From the NCBI RefSeq assembly GCF_988243305.1, contig NZ_OZ547136.1: 64,000 nt of DNA; one strand, written 5' to 3'. Within the stretch, counting starts at the first letter, position 1, and the number at the start of each line of letters is the position of its first letter. Of this stretch, positions 47,016 through 59,008 are shown one piece after another. The notes below the pieces were generated by a model. The model was not told where the DNA came from and made no database searches. It worked only from the letters and a program-made list of their open reading frames with translations. Position numbers and translations under genes: made by a program.

Positions 47016-48482
47016 ATGAATACAATCGCCTCCGTTACGCTCCCGCATCATGTACACGCTCCACGCTACGATCGCCAGCAGTTGCAATCACGTATCGTTC
47101 ATTTTGGCTTTGGAGCCTTTCACCGCGCACATCAGGCGTTACTGACCGATCGTGTGCTGAATGCCCAGGGCGGTGACTGGGGGATCTGTGAAATCAGCTT
47201 GTTCAGCGGTGATCAACTGATGAGCCAGCTCCGCGCACAGAACCATTTATATACCGTGCTGGAGAAAGGGGCGGACGGCAATCAGGCGATAATTGTCGGT
47301 GCCGTTCACGAATGCCTTAATGCAAAACTGGATTCCTTAGCGGCAATTATTGAGAAATTTTGCGAGCCACAGGTGGCAATTGTTTCCCTGACGATTACCG
47401 AAAAAGGCTATTGTATTGACCCGGCCACCGGTGCACTCGACACCAGCAATCCGCGGATTATTCACGATCTACAAAACCCTGAAGAACCTCACTCCGCGCC
47501 GGGTATTCTCGTCGAAGCACTGAAACGACGCCGTGAACGCGGCCTTGCACCGTTTACCGTACTCTCCTGCGACAATATTCCCGACAATGGCCATGTGGTG
47601 AAAAACGCGGTGCTGGGGATGGCGGAAAAACGTTCACCAGAACTCGCCGGGTGGATAAAAGAACACGTCAGTTTTCCGGGAACCATGGTCGACCGTATTG
47701 TTCCGGCAGCAACCGACGAATCACTGGCGGAAATCAGCCAGCATCTGGGGGTGAATGATCCCTGCGCGATTAGCTGCGAACCGTTTATCCAGTGGGTGGT
47801 GGAAGATAACTTCGTCGCTGGGCGTCCTGCCTGGGAAGTCGCAGGTGTACAAATGGTGAATGATGTCCTGCCATGGGAAGAGATGAAACTGCGTATGCTT
47901 AATGGCAGCCACTCTTTTCTCGCTTATCTGGGTTACCTCTCAGGATTCGCCCATATCAGTGATTGCATGCAGGATCGCGCATTTCGCCATGCCTCCAGAA
48001 CATTAATGCTGGATGAGCAAGCGCCAACACTGCGAATTAAAGATGTCGATTTAACACAATATGCGGATAAGTTAATTGCACGTTTTGCTAATCCGGCGCT
48101 GAAACATAAGACCTGGCAAATCGCAATGGATGGTAGCCAGAAATTACCGCAACGCATGCTGGCAGGTATTCGCATACATCTGGGGCGCGAAACGGACTGG
48201 TCGATGCTGGCATTAGGCGTTGCAGGCTGGATGCGTTACGTCAGCGGCGTTGATGATGCCGGAAATGCCATTGATGTTCGCGATCCGCTTAGCGATAAAA
48301 TTCGCGAACTTGTTGCGGGCAGTAGCAGTGAACAACGCGTAACCGCCCTGCTTTCCCTGCGTGAAGTTTTCGGTGATGATCTGCCAGATAACCCGCATTT
48401 TGTGCAGGCTATCGAACAAGCCTGGCAACAAATCGCACAATTCGGCGCGCATCAGGCGCTATTAAACACCCTCAAAATTTAA
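47016..48482 (+). CDS. yeiQ: Mannitol-dehydrogenase-family oxidoreductase
   Basis: Product MNTIASVTLPHHVHAPRYDRQQLQSRIVHFGFGAFHRAHQA...; 488 aa. Confidence 0.9.
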   Translation: MNTIASVTLPHHVHAPRYDRQQLQSRIVHFGFGAFHRAHQALLTDRVLNAQGGDWGICEISLFSGDQLMSQLRAQNHLYTVLEKGADGNQAIIVGAVHECLNAKLDSLAAIIEKFCEPQVAIVSLTITEKGYCIDPATGALDTSNPRIIHDLQNPEEPHSAPGILVEALKRRRERGLAPFTVLSCDNIPDNGHVVKNAVLGMAEKRSPELAGWIKEHVSFPGTMVDRIVPAATDESLAEISQHLGVNDPCAISCEPFIQWVVEDNFVAGRPAWEVAGVQMVNDVLPWEEMKLRMLNGSHSFLAYLGYLSGFAHISDCMQDRAFRHASRTLMLDEQAPTLRIKDVDLTQYADKLIARFANPALKHKTWQIAMDGSQKLPQRMLAGIRIHLGRETDWSMLALGVAGWMRYVSGVDDAGNAIDVRDPLSDKIRELVAGSSSEQRVTALLSLREVFGDDLPDNPHFVQAIEQAWQQIAQFGAHQALLNTLKI

Positions 48483-48599
48483 CGATTTCTGCGGTTAAAG
48501 CGGATGAAGCTCGCCTTCGTCCGCTCCCCCCTTCTCTTTTCTGCCTTTTTTAGCCAGGATTAACGCTCAGTTAACTTTTAAGAGTATTGCGGAGCCGTT

Positions 48600-49586
48600 G
48601 TGACCAGGACCAACCTCATCACCGGTTTTCTCGGCAGCGGGAAAACTACGTCGATTCTTCATCTTTTAGCCCATAAAGATCCCAACGAAAAATGGGCGGT
48701 ACTGGTTAATGAATTTGGGGAAGTCGGAATTGATGGTGCTTTGCTCGCCGATAGCGGCGCATTGCTGAAAGAGATCCCCGGCGGCTGCATGTGCTGCGTT
48801 AATGGTTTACCCATGCAGGTAGGGTTGAATACCTTACTGCGTCAGGGAAAACCAGACCGCTTGTTGATAGAGCCGACCGGACTGGGTCATCCGAAACAGA
48901 TCCTAGATCTCTTAACCGCGCCCGTGTATGAACCGTGGATAGATCTGCGCGCCACGTTGTGCATTCTCGATCCACGCCTGCTGCTGGACGAAAAAAGCGC
49001 CAGCAATGAAAACTTCCGTGACCAGCTGGCTGCCGCAGACATTATTGTCGCCAATAAATCCGACCGTGCGACGCCCGAAAGTGAGCAAGCGCTACAGCGC
49101 TGGTGGCAGCAAAATGGTGGCGATCGGCAATTAATTCACAGCGAGCATGGGAAAATTGACGGTCATCTTCTGGATTTGCCGCGTCGCAATTTAGCCGAGT
49201 TGCCCGCCAGCGCCGCACATTCTCATCATCATAGCGTGAAAAAAGGGTTAGCAGCGTTAAGCCTGCCAGAGCATCAACGCTGGCGTCGCAGTCTGAACAG
49301 CGGGCAAGGATATCAGGCCTGCGGCTGGATATTCGACGCTGATACGGTATTCGACACCATTGGCATTCTGGAATGGGCGCGACTTGCATCGGTAGAACGC
49401 GTCAAAGGCGTGCTGCGTATTCCCGAAGGGCTGGTGCGAATCAACCGTCAGGGCGATGACCTGCACATTGAAACGCAAAACATTGCGCCACCGGACAGCC
49501 GTATTGAGCTGATTTCCAGCAGCGAAGCTGACTGGAATGCCTTGCAGAGCGCGCTGTTGAAGCTTCGTTTAGCGACTACCGCGTAA
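48600..49586 (+). CDS. yeiR: COG0523/CobW-family GTPase (putative zinc metallochaperone)
   Basis: 328-aa product with GTG start; GFLGSGKTT P-loop and GCMCC motif. Confidence 0.9.
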   Translation: MTRTNLITGFLGSGKTTSILHLLAHKDPNEKWAVLVNEFGEVGIDGALLADSGALLKEIPGGCMCCVNGLPMQVGLNTLLRQGKPDRLLIEPTGLGHPKQILDLLTAPVYEPWIDLRATLCILDPRLLLDEKSASNENFRDQLAAADIIVANKSDRATPESEQALQRWWQQNGGDRQLIHSEHGKIDGHLLDLPRRNLAELPASAAHSHHHSVKKGLAALSLPEHQRWRRSLNSGQGYQACGWIFDADTVFDTIGILEWARLASVERVKGVLRIPEGLVRINRQGDDLHIETQNIAPPDSRIELISSSEADWNALQSALLKLRLATTA

Positions 49587-49624
49587 GGTTGCCTGCGTTT
49601 TTCAGTAAGATAATTAGAGAAAAT

Positions 49625-50338
49625 ATGATTAAAAATTTGCCGCAAATAGTGTTGTTGAATATTGTCGGCCTCGCGCTGTTTCTTTCCTGGTATATACCCG
49701 TTAATCATGGATTCTGGTTGCCGATTGATGCGGATATTTTTTATTTCTTTAATCAGAAACTGGTCGAAAGTAAGGCCTTTTTGTGGCTGGTTGCATTGAC
49801 CAACAATCGCGCTTTCGACGGTTGTTCACTGCTGGCGATGGGAATGTTGATGCTGAGTTTCTGGCTGAAAGAACACGCCCCAGGCAGACGACGTATCGTG
49901 ATTATTGGTCTGGTCATGCTATTAACTGCAGTGGTATTAAACCAGCTGGGTCAGGCATTAATTCCTGTAAAACGGGCCAGCCCAACATTGACTTTTACCG
50001 ATATTAACCGCGTCAGCGAACTGCTCTCTGTTCCCACGAAAGATGCCTCACGAGATAGCTTTCCCGGCGATCACGGTATGATGCTGCTTATTTTTTCGGC
50101 ATTCATGTGGCGTTATTTCGGCAAAGTTGCAGGCCTTATCGCCCTTATTATTTTTGTGGTTTTTGCGTTTCCCAGAGTAATGATTGGCGCACACTGGTTT
50201 ACTGACATCATTGTCGGTTCGATGACCGTGATATTGATCGGTTTGCCCTGGGTGTTGCTGACGCCATTAAGTGATCGATTAATCACCTTTTTTGACAAAT
50301 CACTACCGGGAAAAAACAAACATTTCCAAAACAAATAA
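49625..50338 (+). CDS. lpxT: Lipid A 1-diphosphate synthase (undecaprenyl-pyrophosphate phosphotransferase)
   Basis: Product MIKNLPQIVLLNIVGLALFLSWYIPVNHGFWLPIDADIFYFF..., PAP2 family; 237 aa. Confidence 0.9.
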   Translation: MIKNLPQIVLLNIVGLALFLSWYIPVNHGFWLPIDADIFYFFNQKLVESKAFLWLVALTNNRAFDGCSLLAMGMLMLSFWLKEHAPGRRRIVIIGLVMLLTAVVLNQLGQALIPVKRASPTLTFTDINRVSELLSVPTKDASRDSFPGDHGMMLLIFSAFMWRYFGKVAGLIALIIFVVFAFPRVMIGAHWFTDIIVGSMTVILIGLPWVLLTPLSDRLITFFDKSLPGKNKHFQNK

Positions 50339-50749
50339 CTCACAGTAATTAACATCATCAGGGTTATTTTTATAGTGAGGATAATCCTGATGATGCGCAC
50401 CGTGCTTTCATCTATCGAACGCAAAAATCATTCTCTAAGTAAATGAATGGATTGCATGCGTTTCACTCAATCGTACTTTAATTGACCAATCCCGCTTATT
50501 AACTTTCTGTATCACTTTTTCTTATAAAAAATCATGTAAAACCGCTCGCCAAGACCGCACCAATCGGGTAATCTCGAACTCGTTTTGCCTCGGCGGTAGA
50601 TTATCCTCACAGCATATAATTTTGTGCGTTAGTCCACAGATTTGGCCTTAAGGAATTGTTTCAACATGCCCAGGTAATTAGTCTCGTGTCGCTTGGCATT
50701 TTTTTATAACGATATTTGTCGTTAAGGACTTCAAGGGAAAACAAACAAC

Positions 50750-51316
50750 ATGGTCAAATCTCAACCGATTTTGAGATATATCTTGCGCGGGATCCCCGCG
50801 ATTGCAGTAGCGGTTCTGCTTTCTGCATGTAGTGCAAATAACACCGCAAAGAATATGCATCCTGAGACACGTGCAGTGGGTAGTGAAACATCATCACTGC
50901 AAGCTTCTCAGGATGAATTTGAAAACCTGGTTCGTAATGTCGACGTAAAATCGCGAATTATGGATCAGTATGCTGACTGGAAAGGCGTACGCTATCGTCT
51001 GGGCGGCAGCACTAAAAAAGGTATCGATTGTTCTGGTTTCGTACAGCGTACATTCCGTGAGCAATTTGGCTTAGAACTTCCGCGTTCGACTTACGAACAG
51101 CAGGAAATGGGTAAATCTGTTTCCCGCAGTAATTTGCGTACGGGTGATTTAGTTCTGTTCCGTGCCGGTTCAACAGGACGCCATGTCGGTATTTATATCG
51201 GCAACAATCAGTTTGTCCATGCTTCCACCAGCAGTGGTGTTATTATTTCCAGCATGAATGAACCGTACTGGAAGAAGCGTTACAACGAAGCACGCCGGGT
51301 TCTCAGCCGCAGCTAA
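50750..51316 (+). CDS. mepS: Murein DD-endopeptidase MepS (Spr), NlpC/P60 lipoprotein
   Basis: 188-aa product [30 protein letters not shown]... (lipobox). Confidence 0.95.
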
Positions 51317-51362
51317 TAAACCGTTTGGATGCAATCCCTTGGCTATCCTGACGAGTTAACTG

Positions 51363-51390
51363 AAAGCACTGCTTAGGCAGTGCTTTTTTG
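51363..51390 (+). terminator. Intrinsic terminator after mepS
   Basis: aaagcactgcttaggcagtgcttttttg hairpin plus T-run. Confidence 0.75.
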
Positions 51391-51496
51391 TTTTCATTCA
51401 TCAGAGAAAATGATGTTTCCGCGTCTTGATCCAGGCTATAGTCCGGTCATTGTTATCTTTTAAATGTTGTCGTAATTTCAGGAAATTAACGGAATC

Positions 51497-53053
51497 ATGT
51501 TCATACGCGCTCCCAATTCTGGACGTAAGCTCCTGCTTACCTGCATTGTTGCAGGCGTGATGATTGCGATACTGGTGAGCTGCCTTCAGTTTTTAGTGGC
51601 CTGGCATAAGCACGAAGTCAAATACGACACACTGATTACCGACGTACAAAAGTATCTCGATACCTATTTTGCCGACCTGAAATCCACTACTGACCGGCTC
51701 CAGCCGCTGACCTTAGATACCTGCCAGCAGGCTAACCCCGAACTGACTGCCCGCGCGGCGTTTAGCATGAATGTCCGTACGTTTGTGCTGGTAAAAGATA
51801 AAAAAACATTCTGTTCATCTGCGACTGGTGAGATGGACATTCCACTCAATGAATTGATTCCGGCGCTCGACATTAATAAAAACGTCGATATGGCGATCTT
51901 ACCCGGTACGCCGATGGTGCCGAACAAACCCGCAATCGTCATCTGGTATCGCAACCCGTTGTTGAAAAATAGCGGCGTCTTTGCCGCGCTGAATCTCAAC
52001 CTGACGCCTTCACTCTTTTATAGTTCACGGCAGGAAGATTACGATGGCGTCGCCCTCATTATTGGCAATACTGCGCTATCTACCTTTTCTTCACGTTTGA
52101 TGAACGTTAATGAATTAACCGACATGCCGGTCCGTGAAACTAAAATTGCGGGCATTCCTCTGACCGTTCGGCTTTATGCGGATGACTGGACATGGAACGA
52201 TGTGTGGTACGCATTTTTACTGGGCGGCATGAGTGGAACTGTCGTTGGCCTGCTTTGCTATTACCTGATGAGCGTACGTATGCGCCCCGGCAGAGAAATC
52301 ATGACCGCCATCAAGCGCGAACAATTTTACGTGGCGTATCAACCGGTGGTGGATACACAAGCTTTGCGGGTAACGGGCCTGGAAGTACTGCTACGCTGGC
52401 GGCATCCTGTAGCGGGAGAAATTCCCCCGGATGCCTTCATTAACTTTGCCGAATCGCAAAAGATGATTGTGCCGCTGACTCAGCACCTGTTTGAGTTAAT
52501 TGCCCGCGATGCCGCAGAATTAGAAAAAGTACTGCCGGTAGGCGTCAAATTTGGCATTAACATTGCGCCGGACCATCTGCACAGCGAAAGCTTTAAAGCA
52601 GATATCCAGAAACTGCTCACTTCCCTGCCCGCACACCATTTCCAGATTGTGCTGGAAATTACCGAGCGCGATATGCTGAAAGAGCAAGAAGCCACGCAAC
52701 TCTTTGCCTGGCTACACTCGGTCGGCGTAGAAATTGCTATTGATGACTTCGGTACCGGGCACAGCGCGCTTATCTACCTTGAGCGTTTTACGCTCGATTA
52801 TCTGAAAATTGACCGTGGATTTATCAACGCCATCGGTACGGAAACGATCACTTCACCCGTACTTGACGCGGTGCTGACGCTGGCGAAACGTCTCAATATG
52901 CTGACGGTTGCTGAAGGGGTCGAAACGCCGGAACAGGCGCGATGGCTAAACGAACGCGGCGTTAATTTCATGCAAGGCTACTGGATTAGTCGCCCGTTAC
53001 CGCTGGACGATTTTGTCCGCTGGCTGAAGAAACCGTATACGCCGCAGTGGTAA
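51497..53053 (+). CDS. rtn: c-di-GMP phosphodiesterase (CSS-motif sensor plus EAL domain)
   Basis: 518-aa product MFIRAPNSGRKLLLTCIVAGVMIAILVSCLQFLVAWHKHEV...; EAL-type C-terminal domain. Confidence 0.9.
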   Translation: MFIRAPNSGRKLLLTCIVAGVMIAILVSCLQFLVAWHKHEVKYDTLITDVQKYLDTYFADLKSTTDRLQPLTLDTCQQANPELTARAAFSMNVRTFVLVKDKKTFCSSATGEMDIPLNELIPALDINKNVDMAILPGTPMVPNKPAIVIWYRNPLLKNSGVFAALNLNLTPSLFYSSRQEDYDGVALIIGNTALSTFSSRLMNVNELTDMPVRETKIAGIPLTVRLYADDWTWNDVWYAFLLGGMSGTVVGLLCYYLMSVRMRPGREIMTAIKREQFYVAYQPVVDTQALRVTGLEVLLRWRHPVAGEIPPDAFINFAESQKMIVPLTQHLFELIARDAAELEKVLPVGVKFGINIAPDHLHSESFKADIQKLLTSLPAHHFQIVLEITERDMLKEQEATQLFAWLHSVGVEIAIDDFGTGHSALIYLERFTLDYLKIDRGFINAIGTETITSPVLDAVLTLAKRLNMLTVAEGVETPEQARWLNERGVNFMQGYWISRPLPLDDFVRWLKKPYTPQW

Positions 53054-53134
53054 GGTGTGCTTACGTCCCTTATTATTCATAGTGAAAGCATGCCGGATTG
53101 CGGCTAATGATGAGTAAAAGGAAATCCGTTGCAG

Positions 53135-54949
53135 ATGATTGTGCGCATACTGCTGCTGTTTATCGCTCTGTTCACCTTCGGTGCGCAGGCGCAGGCTATC
53201 AAGGAAAGCTATGCCTTTGCCGTGCTGGGCGAACCCCGGTACGCGTTTAATTTCAACCATTTTGATTATGTGAACCCCGCCGCGCCAAAAGGGGGGCAGA
53301 TAACGTTGTCAGCCCTCGGCACCTTCGATAATTTCAACCGCTATGCACTGCGCGGCAACCCGGGCGCACGCACCGAGCAGCTGTACGACACGCTATTTAC
53401 AACTTCCGATGACGAACCAGGCAGTTATTACCCGCTGATTGCCGAAAGCGCACGCTATGCTGACGATTATTCCTGGGTGGAGGTCGCTATTAATCCGCGC
53501 GCCCGTTTTCATGATGGTTCGCCCATTACTGCCCGCGATGTAGAGTTTACTTTTCAAAAATTTATGACCGAAGGCGTGCCGCAATTTCGTCTGGTCTACA
53601 AAGGCACCACCGTCAAAGCCATTGCACCATTAACCGTGCGTATTGAGTTAGCGAAACCCGGCAAAGAAGATATGCTGAGCCTGTTTTCGCTGCCGGTCTT
53701 TCCAGAAAAGTACTGGAAGGATCACAAACTTAGCGACCCGCTCGCCACGCCTCCGCTTGCCAGTGGTCCGTACCGAATTACGTCCTGGAAAATGGGGCAA
53801 AATATTGTCTATTCCCGCGTGAAAGATTACTGGGCAGCAAACTTACCAGTAAACCGTGGACGCTGGAATTTCGACACCATTCGCTACGATTATTACCTCG
53901 ATGATAATGTCGCCTTTGAAGCGTTTAAAGCCGGTGCCTTTGATTTGCGTATGGAAAACGACGCCAAAAACTGGGCCACGCGCTATACCGGTAAAAATTT
54001 CGATAAGAAATACATCATCAAAGATGAGCAAAAGAACGAATCAGCCCAGGATACGCGCTGGCTGGCGTTTAATATCCAACGTCCGGTATTCAGCGATCGC
54101 CGGGTGCGGGAAGCGATCACCCTCGCCTTTGACTTTGAATGGATGAACAAGGCGTTGTTTTACAACGCCTGGAGTCGCACGAACAGTTATTTTCAGAATA
54201 CCGAATACGCGGCCAGAAATTACCCCGACGCCGCGGAGCTTGTGCTTCTGGCACCAATGAAAAAAGATCTACCGCCAGAAGTCTTCACGCAAATCTACCA
54301 GCCGCCGGTATCCAAAGGCGATGGCTACGATCGTGACAACCTGTTAAAAGCCGACAAACTTCTCAACGAAGCGGGCTGGGTGCTGAAGGGTCAGCAACGC
54401 GTAAATGCCACAACGGGTCAGCCGCTCAGCTTTGAGTTATTGCTACCTTCGAGCAGCAATAGTCAGTGGGTATTGCCGTTCCAGCACAGCCTGCAACGGC
54501 TGGGTATCAACATGGACATTCGCAAAGTGGATAACTCGCAAATCACCAACCGCATGCGCAGTCGCGACTATGACATGATGCCGCGCGTATGGCGGGCGAT
54601 GCCGTGGCCCAGTTCCGATTTACAGATTTCCTGGTCATCGGAATATATCAATTCCACTTATAATGCCCCCGGCGTGCAAAGCCCGGTTATCGACTCGCTG
54701 ATCAACCAAATTATTGCCGCGCAGGGAAATAAAGAAAAATTACTGCCGTTGGGGCGAGCACTGGATCGCGTATTAACGTGGAATTATTACATGCTGCCAA
54801 TGTGGTACATGGCGGAAGACCGTCTCGCCTGGTGGGATAAATTCTCCCAACCCGCTGTACGCCCTGTTTACAGCCTGGGTATCGATACCTGGTGGTATGA
54901 CGTTAATAAAGCGGCCAAACTGCCGTCAGCCAGACAACAGGGAGAGTAG
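53135..54949 (+). CDS. yejA: Oligopeptide/microcin C ABC transporter periplasmic binding protein
   Basis: Product [21 protein letters not shown]...; 604 aa. Confidence 0.95.
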
Positions 54950-56044
54950 ATGGGCGCTTATCTGATTCGCCGTCTGTTGCTGGTGATCCCAACGTTATGG
55001 GCGATTATCACTATCAACTTTTTCATCGTGCAAATTGCGCCTGGCGGTCCGGTCGACCAGGCCATCGCCGCCATTGAGTTTGGTAATGCCGGAGTATTAC
55101 CCGGCGCAGGCGGTGAAGGTGTTCGCGCCAGCCATGCGCAAACGGGCGTCGGCAATATCAGCGACAGTAATTACCGTGGCGGACGCGGATTAGATCCAGA
55201 AGTGATCGCCGAGATCACTCATCGCTACGGTTTCGATAAGCCGATCCACGAACGTTACTTCAAAATGCTCTGGGACTACATCCGCTTTGATTTTGGCGAC
55301 AGCCTTTTTCGCAGCGCCTCGGTACTGACGCTGATTAAAGATAGTCTGCCGGTTTCCATCACCCTCGGATTATGGAGCACGCTGATTATCTATCTGGTGT
55401 CGATTCCGTTAGGCATTCGCAAAGCTGTTTATAATGGTAGCCGCTTTGACGTCTGGAGTAGTGCATTTATCATCATCGGCTACGCCATTCCGGCCTTTTT
55501 GTTTGCCATCCTGCTGATTGTCTTCTTCGCGGGCGGCAGCTATTTCGACCTGTTCCCTCTACGCGGCCTGGTTTCCGCTAACTTTGATTCGCTGCCGTGG
55601 TATCAGAAAATCACCGATTATCTGTGGCATATCACGCTGCCGGTGCTGGCGACAGTGATTGGCGGCTTTGCGGCGCTGACCATGCTGACAAAAAACTCAT
55701 TCCTTGATGAAGTGCGCAAGCAATACGTGGTGACCGCCCGTGCGAAAGGGGTAAGTGAAAAAAATATTCTCTGGAAACATGTGTTCCGCAACGCCATGCT
55801 GCTGGTGATTGCCGGTTTTCCGGCGACGTTTATCAGCATGTTTTTTACCGGCTCGCTGCTGATTGAGGTGATGTTTTCACTCAATGGTCTTGGCTTACTG
55901 GGCTACGAAGCGACCGTCTCGCGCGATTATCCTGTAATGTTTGGTACCTTGTATATTTTCACCCTGATTGGCCTGCTGCTGAATATTGTCAGTGATATCA
56001 GCTATACGCTGGTCGATCCGCGTATAGATTTTGAGGGACGTTAA
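54950..56044 (+). CDS. yejB: ABC transporter permease
   Basis: 364-aa permease immediately after yejA. Confidence 0.95.
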
Positions 56045-57069
56045 TGTCGCGACTCAGCCCCGTCAATCAGGCCCGTTGGGCGCGTTTTCGTCATAACCGT
56101 CGCGGCTACTGGTCGTTATGGATTTTCCTCGTTTTGTTTGGTTTGAGTTTGTGTTCTGAACTGATCGCCAACGATAAACCGTTGCTGGTACGTTATGACG
56201 GCAGTTGGTATTTCCCGTTGTTGAAAAACTACAGCGAAAGCGATTTTGGCGGCCCGCTGGCAAGCCAGGCTGATTATCAGGACCCGTGGCTGAAACAGCG
56301 GTTGGAAGATAAAGGCTGGGTACTGTGGGCACCGATTCGCTTTGGCGCTACCAGTATCAACTTTTCTACTGACAAGCCCTTCCCCTCCCCACCCTCCCGG
56401 CAAAACTGGCTGGGAACGGATGCCAATGGCGGCGATGTGCTGGCGCGCATTCTCTATGGCACGCGGATCTCAGTTCTGTTTGGCCTGATGCTGACCCTCT
56501 GCTCCAGCGTGATGGGCGTGCTGGCGGGGGCGCTACAAGGCTATTACGGCGGTAAAGTCGATCTCTGGGGGCAACGTTTTATTGAAGTATGGTCGGGGAT
56601 GCCGACGCTGTTTTTGATTATTTTACTTTCCAGCGTCGTACAGCCTAACTTCTGGTGGCTGTTGGCAATTACCGTCTTGTTTGGCTGGATGAGTCTGGTC
56701 GGCGTGGTGCGGGCGGAGTTTTTACGTACCCGTAATTTCGACTACATCCGCGCGGCGCAGGCGCTTGGCGTCAGCGATCGCAGTATCATCCTGCGTCATA
56801 TGTTGCCAAATGCCATGGTCGCTACCCTCACTTTTTTACCGTTTATTTTATGTAGTTCGATCACCACCCTGACCTCACTCGATTTCCTCGGCTTCGGTCT
56901 GCCGCTCGGTTCACCGTCACTCGGCGAACTGCTGTTACAAGGGAAAAATAACCTTCAGGCCCCGTGGCTTGGGATCACCGCCTTCTTGTCGGTGGCGATA
57001 TTGTTGTCTTTGCTGATCTTTATTGGTGAAGCCGTCCGCGACGCATTTGATCCTAATAAGGCGGTGTAG
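56044..57069 (+). CDS. yejE: ABC transporter permease
   Basis: 341-aa permease overlapping the yejB stop. Confidence 0.95.
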   Translation: MSRLSPVNQARWARFRHNRRGYWSLWIFLVLFGLSLCSELIANDKPLLVRYDGSWYFPLLKNYSESDFGGPLASQADYQDPWLKQRLEDKGWVLWAPIRFGATSINFSTDKPFPSPPSRQNWLGTDANGGDVLARILYGTRISVLFGLMLTLCSSVMGVLAGALQGYYGGKVDLWGQRFIEVWSGMPTLFLIILLSSVVQPNFWWLLAITVLFGWMSLVGVVRAEFLRTRNFDYIRAAQALGVSDRSIILRHMLPNAMVATLTFLPFILCSSITTLTSLDFLGFGLPLGSPSLGELLLQGKNNLQAPWLGITAFLSVAILLSLLIFIGEAVRDAFDPNKAV

Positions 57070-57070
57070 C

Positions 57071-58660
57071 ATGACGCAAACTCTGTTAGCGATTGAAAAT
57101 TTGTCGGTGGGTTTTCGCCATCAGCAAACCGTACGTACAGTAGTCAATGATGTTTCACTTCAGATTGAGGCTGGCGAAACGCTGGCGCTGGTGGGTGAGT
57201 CTGGTTCAGGTAAGAGCGTTACCGCGCTGTCAATTTTACGCCTGCTCCCTTCCCCGCCGGTTGAATATCTCTCCGGCGATATTCGTTTTCATGGCGAATC
57301 GCTGCTTCATGCCAGCGATCAAACGTTGCGCGGTGTACGCGGTAATAAGATCGCCATGATTTTTCAGGAGCCGATGGTGTCATTAAATCCATTGCATACC
57401 CTGGAAAAACAGCTTTATGAAGTGCTTTCACTCCACCGCGGGATGCGTCGGGAAGCGGCTCGTGGCGAAATTCTTAACTGCCTTGATCGCGTCGGTATCC
57501 GCCAGGCGGCAAAACGGCTGACAGATTATCCGCATCAGCTCTCCGGCGGCGAACGCCAGCGGGTGATGATTGCGATGGCGCTGTTAACGCGACCGGAATT
57601 ATTAATTGCCGATGAACCAACCACCGCACTGGACGTCTCTGTTCAGGCGCAGATTTTACAGCTGTTGCGCGAACTGCAAGGCGAGCTGAATATGGGTATG
57701 CTGTTTATTACTCATAACCTCAGCATTGTCAGAAAACTGGCCCATCGCGTGGCGGTAATGCAAAACGGTCGCTGTGTCGAGCAAAATAACGCCGCTACGC
57801 TATTTGCCTCACCCACTCATCCTTACACACAAAAGCTACTCAACAGTGAACCGTCAGGCGACCCGGTACCATTGCCAGAACCTGCCTCAACGTTGCTGGA
57901 TGTTGAACAGCTTCAGGTTGCCTTCCCCATTCGCAAAGGGATTTTGAAGCGCATTGTGGATCATAATGTGGTGGTGAAAAACATCAGTTTTACGCTACGA
58001 GCGGGTGAAACACTGGGTTTAGTAGGCGAGTCAGGTTCCGGGAAAAGCACGACGGGACTGGCGCTGCTGCGACTGATTAACTCTCAGGGCAGCATTATCT
58101 TTGACGGTCAGCCACTGCAAAATTTAAATCGTCGCCAGCTGTTACCTATTCGTCATCGCATTCAGGTGGTATTTCAGGATCCAAACTCCTCGCTCAACCC
58201 ACGACTCAACGTTTTGCAGATTATTGAGGAAGGCTTACGGGTTCACCAGCCGACGCTTTCTGCCGCACAACGCGAACAACAAGTGATAGCCGTGATGCAT
58301 GAAGTGGGATTAGATCCTGAAACACGCCACCGTTATCCGGCGGAGTTCTCTGGTGGTCAGCGGCAACGTATTGCGATTGCCAGGGCGTTAATTCTTAAGC
58401 CCTCGCTGATCATTCTTGATGAACCAACATCATCGCTCGACAAAACGGTACAGGCGCAAATATTGACGCTATTGAAATCATTGCAACAAAAGCATCAACT
58501 GGCCTATTTGTTTATCAGTCACGATTTGCACGTTGTCCGCGCGTTATGTCATCAGGTTATCGTACTGCGACAAGGGGAAGTAGTGGAACAAGGACCGTGC
58601 GCGCGCGTGTTTGCCGCACCGCAGCAGGAGTATACGCGTCAGCTACTGGCGTTGAGCTGA
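57071..58660 (+). CDS. yejF: ABC transporter ATP-binding protein (duplicated ATPase)
   Basis: Product [15 protein letters not shown]...; two Walker A motifs (GESGSGKS twice); 529 aa. Confidence 0.95.
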   Translation: MTQTLLAIENLSVGFRHQQTVRTVVNDVSLQIEAGETLALVGESGSGKSVTALSILRLLPSPPVEYLSGDIRFHGESLLHASDQTLRGVRGNKIAMIFQEPMVSLNPLHTLEKQLYEVLSLHRGMRREAARGEILNCLDRVGIRQAAKRLTDYPHQLSGGERQRVMIAMALLTRPELLIADEPTTALDVSVQAQILQLLRELQGELNMGMLFITHNLSIVRKLAHRVAVMQNGRCVEQNNAATLFASPTHPYTQKLLNSEPSGDPVPLPEPASTLLDVEQLQVAFPIRKGILKRIVDHNVVVKNISFTLRAGETLGLVGESGSGKSTTGLALLRLINSQGSIIFDGQPLQNLNRRQLLPIRHRIQVVFQDPNSSLNPRLNVLQIIEEGLRVHQPTLSAAQREQQVIAVMHEVGLDPETRHRYPAEFSGGQRQRIAIARALILKPSLIILDEPTSSLDKTVQAQILTLLKSLQQKHQLAYLFISHDLHVVRALCHQVIVLRQGEVVEQGPCARVFAAPQQEYTRQLLALS

Positions 58661-58663
58661 CGC

Positions 58664-59008
58664 TTAAAAAGGATTGTAGTTTGAGAAGGGTTCGGCAATT
58701 GCCACACCAAAATTTTTCAATCGGCATGTTGCAGCAAACTCGTCCTGGCGATTTACAAACAGGCACGGCTCACCTTCACACTCCAGTACCGAACATGGAA
58801 CTTCGATGTCGCTTAACGCCTGGCTGAGTTTGTACATCACCGACCATGCATTATCACCATCCGGGCTAAGCAATTTAAGCGCCACCAGGCTGTTGTCACC
58901 GCACGGTCCATTTTGCGGAATCGGTTCAACCTTCGAACCTGCGAAACCAGCAGACCAGCGATAGTTCTGCGGCAGTCGATGGACGATTGAGAGTTGTAAT
59001 GAAGTCAC
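58664..59008 (-). CDS. yejG: Uncharacterized protein YejG
   Basis: 114-aa product [35 protein letters not shown]... Confidence 0.85.
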
